Shown here: piece after piece, positions 19,226-28,736 of the stretch
How positions within the stretch are numbered: the stretch's first letter is position 1
How the letters are laid out: every line of letters starts with the position of its first letter
Position numbers and translations under genes: made by a program
IMG/VR virus record: IMGVR_UViG_3300035180_002914
Strand: one strand, 5' to 3'
DNA from: an uncultured virus (IMG/VR IMGVR_UViG_3300035180_002914)
Taxonomy: Duplodnaviria; Heunggongvirae; Uroviricota; Caudoviricetes
Length of the DNA stretch: 64,000 bases
The notes under the pieces: model-generated
Database searches by the model: none
Seen by the model: the letters and a program-made list of their open reading frames with translations, nothing else
What the model was told of the DNA's origin: nothing

Positions 19226-19642
19226 TTAGATGGATTGTACCACCTGTTCGAACTTGAGCGAATTTCCTACCGCTGTAAACCCAAGAGATATGAATTCCAT
19301 TGTATATACTGGTTTTATAAGTATATTAACAATAAATTCGCCTCTAGCTATTACTTCAGGAGTATTCTTACTTAAGTCGATATAGAACTGATCTACACCA
19401 GGATCTTGAGCAAGAACCGGAGTAATAGTTGATTTGAATCTTTCTCTTGTAAATTCGTTGTTTTTTGCGAAACAGAACGCATTAGCCATTTTAGAGATAA
19501 CTCTTTCAAGTTTATTGAATAGGCATCTAACATTAACTCTGTCAAACGCACTAGCATAACCATTAAGAGTTTTTTGTCCCCAGATAACTTTACCTTGTCC
19601 GACAAAATTTACTACAGGGTTTACCCTACTTTTGTATAAAAG
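19226..19642 (-). CDS. gp18: Tail sheath protein, exon 2 (138 aa)
   Basis: LLYKSRVNPVVNFVGQGKVIWGQKTL...AFDRVNVRCLF...IKPVYTMEFISLGF, the conserved sheath C-terminus. Confidence 0.92.
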   Translation of the reverse strand, partial: LLYKSRVNPVVNFVGQGKVIWGQKTLNGYASAFDRVNVRCLFNKLERVISKMANAFCFAKNNEFTRERFKSTITPVLAQDPGVDQFYIDLSKNTPEVIARGEFIVNILIKPVYTMEFISLGFTAVGNSLKFEQVVQSI

Positions 19643-20128
19643 CTTTTATATTCGCATTTGTTCGTTACACAAATACCGCATTTACTGCTGCTTATAGTTT
19701 CCTATAAGATTAGACTATATCTTCATCTATTTCTAGATGTCTACCATTTCCACTCACTCGAGTGTACGAACTTTCGTTCTAGTCGTTGAACCTTCTACAT
19801 TTTAAAGTAGCTTGGCTGCTGATTGTCCAATTCTATTCATTTTTAAACATTCAAGCTTAGATTTTCATCTTACTTTGTAGTTGAATAGACTCTAAGGATT
19901 TTCCAGCAATTAGATAGATTAATTTTTCCATATATCACTATATGGCGAGACCTTTTTATAACAATAAAAAGAATAAGAACATTACTGCCTTCGGAACAGT
20001 AAGTGTTTAATATAAAAACACACAGATTATTTATTTTGGTTGTTTTTGTGATATAGGTTTAAGAGAATATATTTGCTTTTAGTTTTCAGTTTCATTAGAT
20101 GTAACTATTTAGGAAGCCTAGTCTGTTT

Positions 20129-21289
20129 TTACCAGACTAGGTTGTTTATTAAAGTATCAAGATCAATCGAACAAGCTCTATTTTTAGATAGATTGTTTCT
20201 AGCAGAAATCATTTCAAGATTAGCTATATTACCTATGATGTATGGCGGAACACAGTTTTTAAAGCCTTCGTGTATTGAAAATTTATGGTCTAGATGGTAT
20301 GAACCTGCTTTATTTGCATGTCCTCTTAAATCATAATCCGGAAGCTTCTTTATCTGCTCATCGAATTTTTTCATACATTTATAAACTTTGTATCTGTAAT
20401 GTTGAAAATCGTCTTTATCTTCTGGTCTAGTAAATCTTCCAGAATTATATTGTGCTTCAGTTTGTCTTTGGTAGAAATTTAATCCGTTTTCGTCTATATC
20501 GTTCAATCTTTTTATATGTAGTCTTTGATAGTAATTTAGTCCGTTTTCGTCTATATCGTTCAATCTTTTTATATGTAGTCTTTGATAGTAATTTAGTCCA
20601 TTTTCATCTATATCATTCAGTTTCCTCTGATGAATTCTGTTGTAATGATCTAATCCATTTTTATCTATATCATTTAGTTTCCTCTGATGAATTCTATCAT
20701 AATGATCTAATCCATTTTCATCAATTTTACTTTTAAGTGTTTTTGCAGCTTTTAAATGTGTTTCTTTGATTTTTTCTTTATTATTTGTATTAGACCATTC
20801 TTGGAATGGAGAATAGAAAGTTCCTCTTTCTAAAGCATTTTTATAACCCTTTAATCCTTCTAATCTACGATAATCTTCACCGTATCTTTCTCTTTTTGTT
20901 TGATCACATTTTTGTCTTATTTCTTTTCTTCGTTCTTCTGTATGAAGACTTTTTGTTTCATTCATTTTTGCTACTCTTTTAGTTTGATCTGTAGAGTATA
21001 ATGAACCATAAGCTGAGTTACAAGAACCATTTCCACAAGTTTTGTTAAAGCCTTTCACGAATGAACGAAATTTTCTTTTCTTTCCACATATTTTACATGC
21101 TAGGTCTTCTAATTTAATTTCGTGGAAAATGATATAAACTCTTTCCATCATTTTTGTATCTTCCGGAAGAAAACTAGTGAAATTTATAATGTCGTCTTTT
21201 CTTCTTTTTATAACGAGAGCGTTTGAGGTAAGAGCATCGTTTCCGAATTTGTTTAGATAGTTTTGGATGTCTTGTTGAAGTTGTTTCAT
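20129..21289 (-). CDS. Intron-encoded HNH homing endonuclease
   Basis: CxxC...CxxxxC N-terminal module, 19-aa repeats, C-terminal YHLDHKFSI...NLEMISARNNLSK. Confidence 0.85.
   Translation of the reverse strand: MKQLQQDIQNYLNKFGNDALTSNALVIKRRKDDIINFTSFLPEDTKMMERVYIIFHEIKLEDLACKICGKKRKFRSFVKGFNKTCGNGSCNSAYGSLYSTDQTKRVAKMNETKSLHTEERRKEIRQKCDQTKRERYGEDYRRLEGLKGYKNALERGTFYSPFQEWSNTNNKEKIKETHLKAAKTLKSKIDENGLDHYDRIHQRKLNDIDKNGLDHYNRIHQRKLNDIDENGLNYYQRLHIKRLNDIDENGLNYYQRLHIKRLNDIDENGLNFYQRQTEAQYNSGRFTRPEDKDDFQHYRYKVYKCMKKFDEQIKKLPDYDLRGHANKAGSYHLDHKFSIHEGFKNCVPPYIIGNIANLEMISARNNLSKNRACSIDLDTLINNLVW
20464..20730 (-). repeat. About five 57-bp tandem repeats in the intron endonuclease
   Basis: Unit DIDENGLNYYQRLHIKRLN and variants. 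Confidence 0.85.
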
Positions 21290-21409
21290 TGAAGTGCCTT
21301 TAATTTTAATTAAAGGTTATGAAATAGACCTAAAAGTTCCGAAGTTTTAGGTCTGTGTGTTTTATATAACCTTTCAGTTATTTATTATTCTTTTTAAACG
21401 GGCACACCA

Positions 21410-22885
21410 ATCTCTTTGCCCCGAGTTTGGACTGTAGTAAAGCTTTGTTATACCTTTTAGCACGCCATTAATAAGACCTGCAGAAGCCTCAGACTCTGAT
21501 AAGTTATAAGAAGTTTTAGCTCTTGCGCCAGCAATAAGACCAGCAACATTACACCATCTTAACTTATCATTCCATTTATCATAGAATTGTGTGTAATTAT
21601 CATAGAACGCAACAAATGAAGTGTTTAGGTTCATTGGCGAATTTGAATCGTTTATATATGCTATTTGTTTAGCAACAATGTCTGAAGATTTAAGACCGAT
21701 TACATTCTCATATTTTGCGCCTACATAGCATATACAGTCAGCTCTATTCATAGCAAGAGTAGCCGCCGCAAGATGCGCTTGTTCATTAGCTATAACTATA
21801 TCTACATCAACTTCTTCTTTATTAGAGAATACATCATATGCTACTTCTATGTCATCAGTATTTGGAAGACCAGAATTACCATAAGCAAGTTTAAGAGTTG
21901 TAGAATCGTTAGCTAGCGCAGAAGCAACAGTAGTTGTTAATTTGTTGTGAACCACATACACATAGTTAGACTGTCTGTTTAGTACATCTTCGATGTAAGT
22001 AGATCTATTTGTATAGTCTTTTGTTCCTGGAACAAGAGAAACAATAAATTTCTCTACCATAACGCCACCAACAGAAATAACGATAGCTATTTCAGTAGTT
22101 GTAGGATATCTGTCAAATAGTTGACTGAAAAGAACTCCAGGAAGAGCTTGAGAAGTAGAACCATTAGTGAAATCAGCTGTATTACCGATAGAGATAGTGA
22201 TATTGTTACCAAATTCGCCTGGATCTTTCGCTATAAATTGAAGAGCAACATTATTAGCATCGGTAACACCAAAACTAGCGTTAAAATCTTCAAAGTATTG
22301 AGAATTTGGAACAAATATTCCAAGTTTTTTAAGAGCTAGCGCATACGGAGCAGTGCCACCTACTTTTTTGGCTTCAACAGCTGCGTTTGTAGCTTTAACA
22401 AATTTTTCTACAAGAGAATTCTTATCAACAGCAGTAGCAAGAGTTTCTACAAGATCAACACTTGAAGAATTTACTTTGTCTATTGTATAGATGTGAGTTC
22501 TATCGCCGTTAAAAACAATTTTATCACCTTCAGAAAAATTAGTAATATGGTCTATTGAAACAGTTTTTGAACCAGAAGCAGCAGCATCTGTTACTGTTGA
22601 AGTGGTTGAAACTAGTGATCCATTACTATCGATTGCTCTAGAAACAAGAAGAGAGCTTCCGTAAAGAAGGAACGAATAGCATTGGAACCAGTCATTATAA
22701 TTTGAATCTGTAGGTTCACCGTAATTAGATATCAAATCGTCAACAGAAGAAACAAGTTTGTATACACCAACTTGACCTCTTTTAAATAACCCAGCAAATG
22801 CACCAGTAGCAGAAGATACTGACGGTACAATTATGCTCATATCAATTTCGTGTGTATAAACACCAGGAGAAAGCATAGTAGCCAT
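21410..22885 (-). CDS. gp18: Tail sheath protein, exon 1 (492 aa; spliced product 630 aa)
   Basis: MLSPGVYTHEID, GAFAGLF, FLLYGSSLLVSRA, RADC, YDKWNDKLRW; ends PNSGQRD. Confidence 0.95.
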
Positions 22886-22902
22886 TTTTATATTTCCTTA
22901 TA

Positions 22903-22972
22903 ATTGTCAAGGGTCAAAGTTTTAAGCAGAATGACAAGTTCTGCGCCCAAGTCTTAGTTGGGGTCTTTGCCG
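22903..22972 (-). promoter_or_regulatory. Structured 5' leader of gp18 (three-way junction plus possible pseudoknot)
   Basis: Stems CAAAG/CUUUG, CCCAA/UUGGG, GCAGAA/UUCUGC; loop UUGUCA complementary to UGACAA just before the RBS; AATAAATA upstream. Confidence 0.55.
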
Positions 22973-23012
22973 AATTTATTTATTGATAAATCTTTAAACT
23001 CAATTATAGTAT

Positions 23013-23075
23013 AATAAATATATCGCGTAAAATTCCTCACGGAATGTGACATACCAAGTCGCGACGCGAAAAATT
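23013..23075 (+). promoter_or_regulatory. Late promoter plus conserved structured leader, copy 1
   Basis: AATAAATA, then TCGCGT...TTCC-tcac-GGAATGTGACATACCAAGT...ACGCGA; repeated at 28660-28718. Confidence 0.65.
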
Positions 23076-23093
23076 TTTGAGGAAGGAAATAAA

Positions 23094-24518
23094 ATGGCAT
23101 ATAACAAATCTCCCATTTGGGAATTTTCTGATGTAAATCAAACTGGCATTGACAAAGTGCCTCTAAACAGGTTAATACATATCCAAAGTACTGGAAAAAT
23201 GTTTAAAAAGTTAAGTAATGACGGTTTAACAAGTACTTCTACTGTAACTGACCTTTTAAGAAATCCGAGTAATTTTAAGAATGCAGCAGAAGTTGACCTA
23301 AAAGCTAACAATTCTGATCTTCAAATGGCTATTGGTAATATCCATAATCCTTTGCTAGATCTTCCACTAAAAAACTCTTTGGCTATGAGGTCTGGTACAG
23401 GTAGTGTTACATTCTCAAGAGCTTCAACTGCTACTTATATAGATAGATATGGTGTTCTAAAAACAGCTGGTATAGATGTACCTAGATTTGAAAAAGAAGG
23501 TTATTTGAACGAAGGTAATAGTACGAATCTATTTTCTTATTCAAACCAATTCGAACAATGGAGTACTCAAAATTCTGCTATTACTCAAAATGTTACTGGT
23601 CCTGACGGTGTAGCAAACTCTGCTTATCATTTTTATAAAACTACAACTGGGTCAGAGGAAAATATATATATTTCATATTTTTCGTTAACTGCTGGGACAA
23701 CATATACTGCTTCTATATTTGCTCAAAAAGCAGAAGACTCTATAATAAGAATAATGTATCCGTCATTTTTCTTCTCAGACGGTACTTCACGTGATTTGAG
23801 TTATAACTTCGACACAGGAGTTTTAACAGATCAAAACAATAACCTACAAGATAAAAATGTACAAATATTAGCTAATGGGTGGGTAAGACTTAGTATGACT
23901 TTCACTGTCACTACCTCTGACCGTAAATATGTTAATGTTATATACAGCTACTCTTCGACAGATAAAACAGGAAATGGTGTAAACATCTATGGAGCACAAT
24001 TAGAAGCGTTGCCATTTACTACATCCTATATTTCTACAACTTCTAGCACTGTTACTAGAGCAGCTGATATGTTGAGTGCCACTCTAGAAGGTAACTTTCC
24101 GTCCGTATATGATTCGAGAACCGTTATTGCTGACTTTGATATAAAAGGAAAAAAAGACGGCGATTGGAGCTCTATAATCGCAATTAATAGTAATGGCGAC
24201 GGCGCGTTGATATTTGGCTACGGAGATGGTACTGATTTTCATTGTCACGGTGGTAAAAATACTAATATGCTGGCTTATACATATATTCCATTTGATACTG
24301 TTACTAAAAGGATTTGTGCAATTTCTGATAGTAAAAACAATCAAACTAGTATTTACAAAAATGGAGTATTATTGGCTAAAGAATCTAGATTACAACAATA
24401 TAACGACTTAGGCGATACTGCTTCTAGTATTATGATAGGAAGACTTTGGTATGGTCATATTACAAATTTGCGAATTTATGATAGAGCATTAACTGCATAC
24501 GAAGTATCGCTTGCATAG
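23094..24518 (+). CDS. Virion fibre/spike protein with LamG/concanavalin-like C-terminus
   Basis: TFSRASTATY...PRFE, YGAQLE...TSYI.T..TVTRAAD, LRIYDRALT; shared N-terminal module; start ATG 23094 after GAAGGA. Confidence 0.75.
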   Translation: MAYNKSPIWEFSDVNQTGIDKVPLNRLIHIQSTGKMFKKLSNDGLTSTSTVTDLLRNPSNFKNAAEVDLKANNSDLQMAIGNIHNPLLDLPLKNSLAMRSGTGSVTFSRASTATYIDRYGVLKTAGIDVPRFEKEGYLNEGNSTNLFSYSNQFEQWSTQNSAITQNVTGPDGVANSAYHFYKTTTGSEENIYISYFSLTAGTTYTASIFAQKAEDSIIRIMYPSFFFSDGTSRDLSYNFDTGVLTDQNNNLQDKNVQILANGWVRLSMTFTVTTSDRKYVNVIYSYSSTDKTGNGVNIYGAQLEALPFTTSYISTTSSTVTRAADMLSATLEGNFPSVYDSRTVIADFDIKGKKDGDWSSIIAINSNGDGALIFGYGDGTDFHCHGGKNTNMLAYTYIPFDTVTKRICAISDSKNNQTSIYKNGVLLAKESRLQQYNDLGDTASSIMIGRLWYGHITNLRIYDRALTAYEVSLA

Positions 24519-24551
24519 TTTGATAAACAATAAAACCCTTAGGAGAAACAA

Positions 24552-24914
24552 ATGAATTACGTAATAACGTATTGTAAAGATACTAAAGCTTTTATGGATG
24601 AACTTCCAGATAGCTATAAAGTTAAAGATGGAGAAGGGAATGTAACTGGGTGGAATGTCCAAACCACACCAGTCATTAAAAACGAAAATGGGAGCTTGGC
24701 TCTATCAATTCTTACAGATGAGGAATTAGCTTTTGTAAAGACTATGAAGTCAATACAGGTGCTTGGAACATATGAAGAGCTGTTTGCTAACGATAAAGCT
24801 CTTGCTATATATAAATCTGTGTACCCATATGATGTGCCAATAAGCTATAAAGATATGGATGGGAATACCAAACAATACTTTAGACCCCAAAAAATAGGAG
24901 AATTCGCACTATGA
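24552..24914 (+). CDS. Hypothetical protein (fibre cluster)
   Basis: AGGAG RBS, 120 aa. Confidence 0.7.
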   Translation: MNYVITYCKDTKAFMDELPDSYKVKDGEGNVTGWNVQTTPVIKNENGSLALSILTDEELAFVKTMKSIQVLGTYEELFANDKALAIYKSVYPYDVPISYKDMDGNTKQYFRPQKIGEFAL

Positions 24915-25564
24915 TTAAGTATTCACTAGATAAGCTTAATGATGTAAAAGCAAACATCAACTCGCCAGTATTTACTGGTCAGGTTTTTATTCCGGAAGGT
25001 ACGAATATCGCCCCAGGACTAGTATTTCAAAATGATAGTTCAAATGATACAGGTTTCTACCATATTGCAGAAGGCAATATCGGTATTGCTTGTAATGGAA
25101 AACACATAGTAACTATTAATTCAAATAGTGTTGTATATGACACTGGTGTTAATTTATTAGTAGGAACAACAACAGATAATGGTGTTGATAAGTTACAGGT
25201 TAATGGAAGTATAAGCGCTAGCAATTTATTTACTCCAATAATTTCTACATTATCCGATGCTGATTGTAGTTCAAAACAATTTATTTCCCCAGCTTTATCA
25301 GGAGGAACGTATATCGCCAATGTTCGCGGGTTTGACATTTATAATGTTGCTTATGAGCAAGTTTTTTCATTTGTTTTTGCGGTTCATTTTGATGCCTCTT
25401 CTTCAGAGGATATTCAAATAGTTGGTGTAAATAAGTCTACATATAAGACGGAGAATAATGAACCTAGTTACACATTTTACTTCGGGAATCAAAAAAGATT
25501 ATCAGTTCAATCATCATCAAGTGATAAAGTAAGTTGCACTTGTACAGTACAAAAAATACTATAA
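24911..25564 (+). CDS. Tail-fibre-like protein
   Basis: KANINSPVFTG, APGLVF..DTGFY, LLVGTTTDNGVDKLQVNGSI fibre-type motifs. Confidence 0.65.
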   Translation: MIKYSLDKLNDVKANINSPVFTGQVFIPEGTNIAPGLVFQNDSSNDTGFYHIAEGNIGIACNGKHIVTINSNSVVYDTGVNLLVGTTTDNGVDKLQVNGSISASNLFTPIISTLSDADCSSKQFISPALSGGTYIANVRGFDIYNVAYEQVFSFVFAVHFDASSSEDIQIVGVNKSTYKTENNEPSYTFYFGNQKRLSVQSSSSDKVSCTCTVQKIL

Positions 25565-25577
25565 AAAGGAAAATAAA

Positions 25578-25889
25578 ATGGCAATACAAACAAATTACAA
25601 CTTCAATGGCATAGAAGTAAAAGATGCTTATATCAGAATCGATAGACTGTTTGGAAGCAAACGAGAAGGGTGGAATAGTTTAGTTGGTGTTTATAACATT
25701 ACTACAGAAGCTGTACCTGCAGTGCCGGCAAATGCTGAGCTTAACATACCAGCTCAGGAAGCCACTACTAGACAGGTATTCAATAAGATAGAAGAGTTCA
25801 ATTATCAAGTTCCTTACTCAGCAGATGAAAGAGGCTATGTAAGTGTCTATAAGTCACTACAAAAAAAGTTTGGTGGTACGAACGTCTAA
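25578..25889 (+). CDS. Small fibre-associated protein
   Basis: MAIQ...GIEVKDAYIRI pattern typical of small genes following fibre genes; RBS present. Confidence 0.55.
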   Translation: MAIQTNYNFNGIEVKDAYIRIDRLFGSKREGWNSLVGVYNITTEAVPAVPANAELNIPAQEATTRQVFNKIEEFNYQVPYSADERGYVSVYKSLQKKFGGTNV

Positions 25890-25946
25890 TACCTACGGAC
25901 ATAGTGATCTTGGACTTATAGAAAAAGAAAGCAGAGTGTGAGATTA

Positions 25947-26056
25947 TTTATCCATTTTGTGCGTAAAACACCGTCCTTTAGGACGGTGATATAAGCACAT
26001 TAAATTATCAATAATTATTTGATAATTTTCTGTTTTGACTATTGACTAATTATAAT
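25947..26056 (+). mobile_element. Orphan IS200/IS605-type left end with promoter
   Basis: TTTAT|CCATTTTGTGCGTAAAA-CACCGTCC-ttta-GGACGGTG-ATATAAGCAC...; homologous to 54436-54489 and to the reverse complement of ~5025-5107. Confidence 0.75.
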
Positions 26057-26250
26057 AAAAGAGAAAATATCGCTAAATAATATCAAATGAATAGATATAA
26101 ATATTTTAAACTATATTAAAAATTTTATATAGAAGTTTAGTTGAACTAATTCTTATAGTTATATGAAAAATAGAATTCGAAAAAAGTTTATAAAAATGCG
26201 ATTAAAATACTAAAAAGCGCTTCATATTTCAAAAATAGGAGAATTTAGCT

Positions 26251-26598
26251 ATGATTAAAACTGTGTTGAGAAATTTATCAAAAACAATAATAATGATAAT
26301 ATTTTTTTCTTCTTCGCTTTTCGCTGATGAACCATTTTTTCAGCAAAAAGATAAGCAAAAACATATCGCTGCCACTGCTGCTATTAGCGGAACTGCTACT
26401 GCATTAGCTCGATACTATGGAGCTAATAAGTTTGAAGCTTTTGCTATCGGTGTCGCTTCTGGGCTTTTGGTGGGAATTGCTAAAGAGAAATGGGATGCAG
26501 CAGGTCACGGAACAGAAGATATTCACGATGTTTATGCTGACACAGTTGGTTCTGTATTAGGAAGCGCTATTACTGCGCAGTTTAGTTGGAAATTTTAA
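26251..26598 (+). CDS. YfiM/DUF2279-like membrane protein
   Basis: Signal peptide, DKQKH, GIAKEKWD, D..ADTVG motifs. Confidence 0.7.
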   Translation: MIKTVLRNLSKTIIMIIFFSSSLFADEPFFQQKDKQKHIAATAAISGTATALARYYGANKFEAFAIGVASGLLVGIAKEKWDAAGHGTEDIHDVYADTVGSVLGSAITAQFSWKF

Positions 26599-26614
26599 TA
26601 AAAAGGATTAAACA

Positions 26615-26887
26615 ATGAAAAAGTTAATAATCGGTTTTTTTGTACTTTTAGGATTAACAGGTTGCTCAACTAATTACCAAAATTGGGTTGACTGGAAAAA
26701 CGATAGAGTAGGAACACATTATGCTGTAGTACAGTCTTGTGAAATAAAAGATGGTGCGTATATAGGTACAGCAAAGCTTTGTTATGGTGAACACAAAGGA
26801 AAAGTAGTAAACTTTTACTTAAAACCTTATTTCAAACCTATTGTTCCATACAGTAAAGATACAGTATTGCTTGTTGAAGATAAGTAA
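26615..26887 (+). CDS. Putative lipoprotein
   Basis: Lipobox LTG-C after a hydrophobic signal. Confidence 0.75.
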   Translation: MKKLIIGFFVLLGLTGCSTNYQNWVDWKNDRVGTHYAVVQSCEIKDGAYIGTAKLCYGEHKGKVVNFYLKPYFKPIVPYSKDTVLLVEDK

Positions 26888-27076
26888 ACTATCACTCCAT
26901 AAAACGGAGTTGACTGGTTTATATATTCTTTCTTCTAATTATAGACAATAAAATCAAAACACTTTGTCTTACTTTAATAAAACTCTCGTTAACTGAAGAC
27001 ATCAGAACAATAAATATATAAACTAGAATCCTAATATTTAATAGGTTTTAAGTTATATTTAAAAAGGAGAATAACA

Positions 27077-28189
27077 ATGTCTTACAATTTATCGCCAGTT
27101 TGGTATTTTAATGATGTAAATCAAACAGGTATAAACAAAGTACCTCTGCTTAAACTAATATACATTCAGAGTACTAAACAATTCTTTACAAAAATAAGTA
27201 ACGATAATATAACAGCTGATACTAAAATATCTGATGTTATAAATAACTCAAGCGTTTTTAAATGTATTGCTGGCGGCGACACTCCTACCGCTCCAACTGC
27301 TCCAGCTGGAACAAATACAGACCAAATCGCTACTACAGCTTTCGTTACTGGTGCTATCGCTGACACAAAAACTTGGATAAGTTCTCAACCTTTCTATAAT
27401 GCTAGACCGCAAGTAAGCTCTGATTGGACTGCATCTAGTGGTGCGGCTCAAATACTAAATAAACCTACAACTATTGCTGGTTACGGTATTACTGATGCTT
27501 ATACTAAAACTGAAGTAGATGGTAAAGATACTTCTACATTAGCATCATCTAAGTCTTATACAGATACAGCAATTGCTAATCTAGTAAATTCCGCACCGGC
27601 AACACTAGATACACTAAAAGAAATAGCCGACCAACTAGCAAATGATGAGTCAGCTGCCGCTGCTTTAACTGCTGTTGTTGGTACTAAAGCTCCATTGGCG
27701 TCTCCTGCTCTAACAGGAACACCAACTGCACCAACTGCCGATTCGGGAACAAATACAGATCAAATTGCCACCACAAAATTTGTTACTAGCGCTATTTCTA
27801 GTACTCCTGCGACTAAATTGGCTACTGGTAGAGTTTTAACTGTTACTGGCGATATTTCCTTTACTACACCGGCCTTTGACGGTTCAAGTGATATTAGCGC
27901 TACAGCTACACTACCTAATGTGGTTACAGCCGGTACTTATACTTCAGTTACAGTCAACAGCAAAGGTCTAATAACTGCAGGCGGTACAATACCTACGTAT
28001 ATTCAAGAATTAGTAGCCGACGATGGACAAACTAAAGTCACTCTAAATGGACCAAAAGGTTCTTATTTTGTAGTGTATAAAAACGGTATTAGATTTGCTT
28101 CTTCAAACTGGTCTGTAGATGGAACTACTTTAACATTCAATGATGCTCTATCTAAAGGTGATGAAATAGCAATAGAAAGTATATTTTAA
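27077..28189 (+). CDS. Tail fibre protein
   Basis: TPTAPTA..GTNTDQIATT.FV (twice), KPTTIAGYGITDAYTK, APATLDTLKEIA, GTYTSVTVNSKG; shared N-terminal module. Confidence 0.85.
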   Translation: MSYNLSPVWYFNDVNQTGINKVPLLKLIYIQSTKQFFTKISNDNITADTKISDVINNSSVFKCIAGGDTPTAPTAPAGTNTDQIATTAFVTGAIADTKTWISSQPFYNARPQVSSDWTASSGAAQILNKPTTIAGYGITDAYTKTEVDGKDTSTLASSKSYTDTAIANLVNSAPATLDTLKEIADQLANDESAAAALTAVVGTKAPLASPALTGTPTAPTADSGTNTDQIATTKFVTSAISSTPATKLATGRVLTVTGDISFTTPAFDGSSDISATATLPNVVTAGTYTSVTVNSKGLITAGGTIPTYIQELVADDGQTKVTLNGPKGSYFVVYKNGIRFASSNWSVDGTTLTFNDALSKGDEIAIESIF

Positions 28190-28288
28190 TAGAGTTTAAA
28201 ATATAAGCTCAAAGCCTACTACTTTTACAGTAGTAGGTTTGAAGGTCATATTTTATAAATAATATTAAAACTAAAGGAGGAAATAAAA

Positions 28289-28582
28289 ATGGCTGGAATA
28301 AAATTTGGAAGTGTAATACCTGCGGCGAATACAGATACAGTTTTGTGTAAAGTGCCTGTAGGTAAAACTGCTACTATGGCTATAAATGTTTGTAATACGA
28401 CTTCTGATTCTGTTACTATTAATATAACTATAGGCGGAGATAAAATAGAATCAGGAACAACAATATCGGCAAACGATACTTTAGAAAGAACAGATCTTAT
28501 AGTAGTTTCTGGAGAGAGTGTTATAGTAAGTGCTTCTGCTGCCGGAGTTGTATTTAGAGCTTATGGTATTTGGGGCGTATAA
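28289..28582 (+). CDS. Small beta-sandwich virion protein
   Basis: VPVGKTAT..INVCN...LERT...RAYG; strong RBS and TATAAATA late promoter at ~28254. Confidence 0.65.
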   Translation: MAGIKFGSVIPAANTDTVLCKVPVGKTATMAINVCNTTSDSVTINITIGGDKIESGTTISANDTLERTDLIVVSGESVIVSASAAGVVFRAYGIWGV

Positions 28583-28659
28583 AAATTAAAAGATTGACAC
28601 GAACAAACAAAGTTTGTGTCTTTTATTTATTAAAAATTTTAGTGTAATCAAACCTACAA

Positions 28660-28718
28660 AATAAATATATTGCGTTAAACTCCTTACGGAATGTGACATA
28701 CCAAGTAACGCAAAAAAC
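28660..28718 (+). promoter_or_regulatory. Late promoter plus conserved structured leader, copy 2
   Basis: AATAAATA, then TTGCGTTA...TCC-ttac-GGAATGTGACATACCAAG-TAACGCAA. Confidence 0.65.
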
Positions 28719-28736
28719 TCTAGGGTAGGTAAATAA

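Larger units (their letters stand above)
19643..21409 (-). ncRNA. Group I intron (1767 nt) in the tail sheath gene
   Basis: Core elements P AAUUGCUGGAAAA (19911-19899), Q AAUCAGCAGCC (19824-19814), R UUCAACGACUA (19790-19780), S AAGAUAUAGUC (19723-19713); 5' exon ends in U, intron ends in G; splicing restores the frame. Confidence 0.95.

Noticed and set aside
19393..19605. 70-aa minus-strand ORF
   Set aside because: Alternative frame overlapping gp18 exon 2.
23046..23093. GTG start for the LamG fibre gene
   Set aside because: Lies in the conserved leader motif; paralogs and the RBS point to ATG 23094.
28197..28256. Long hairpin with TTTTAC loop as another IS right end
   Set aside because: No scaffold upstream and no TTCAC terminus; more simply a terminator or processing stem.
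23023..28720. preQ1-I riboswitch call for the repeated fibre leader (stem plus A-rich tail)
   Set aside because: Loop is too large, contains an inner hairpin and lacks the expected loop-tail pairing; left unassigned.
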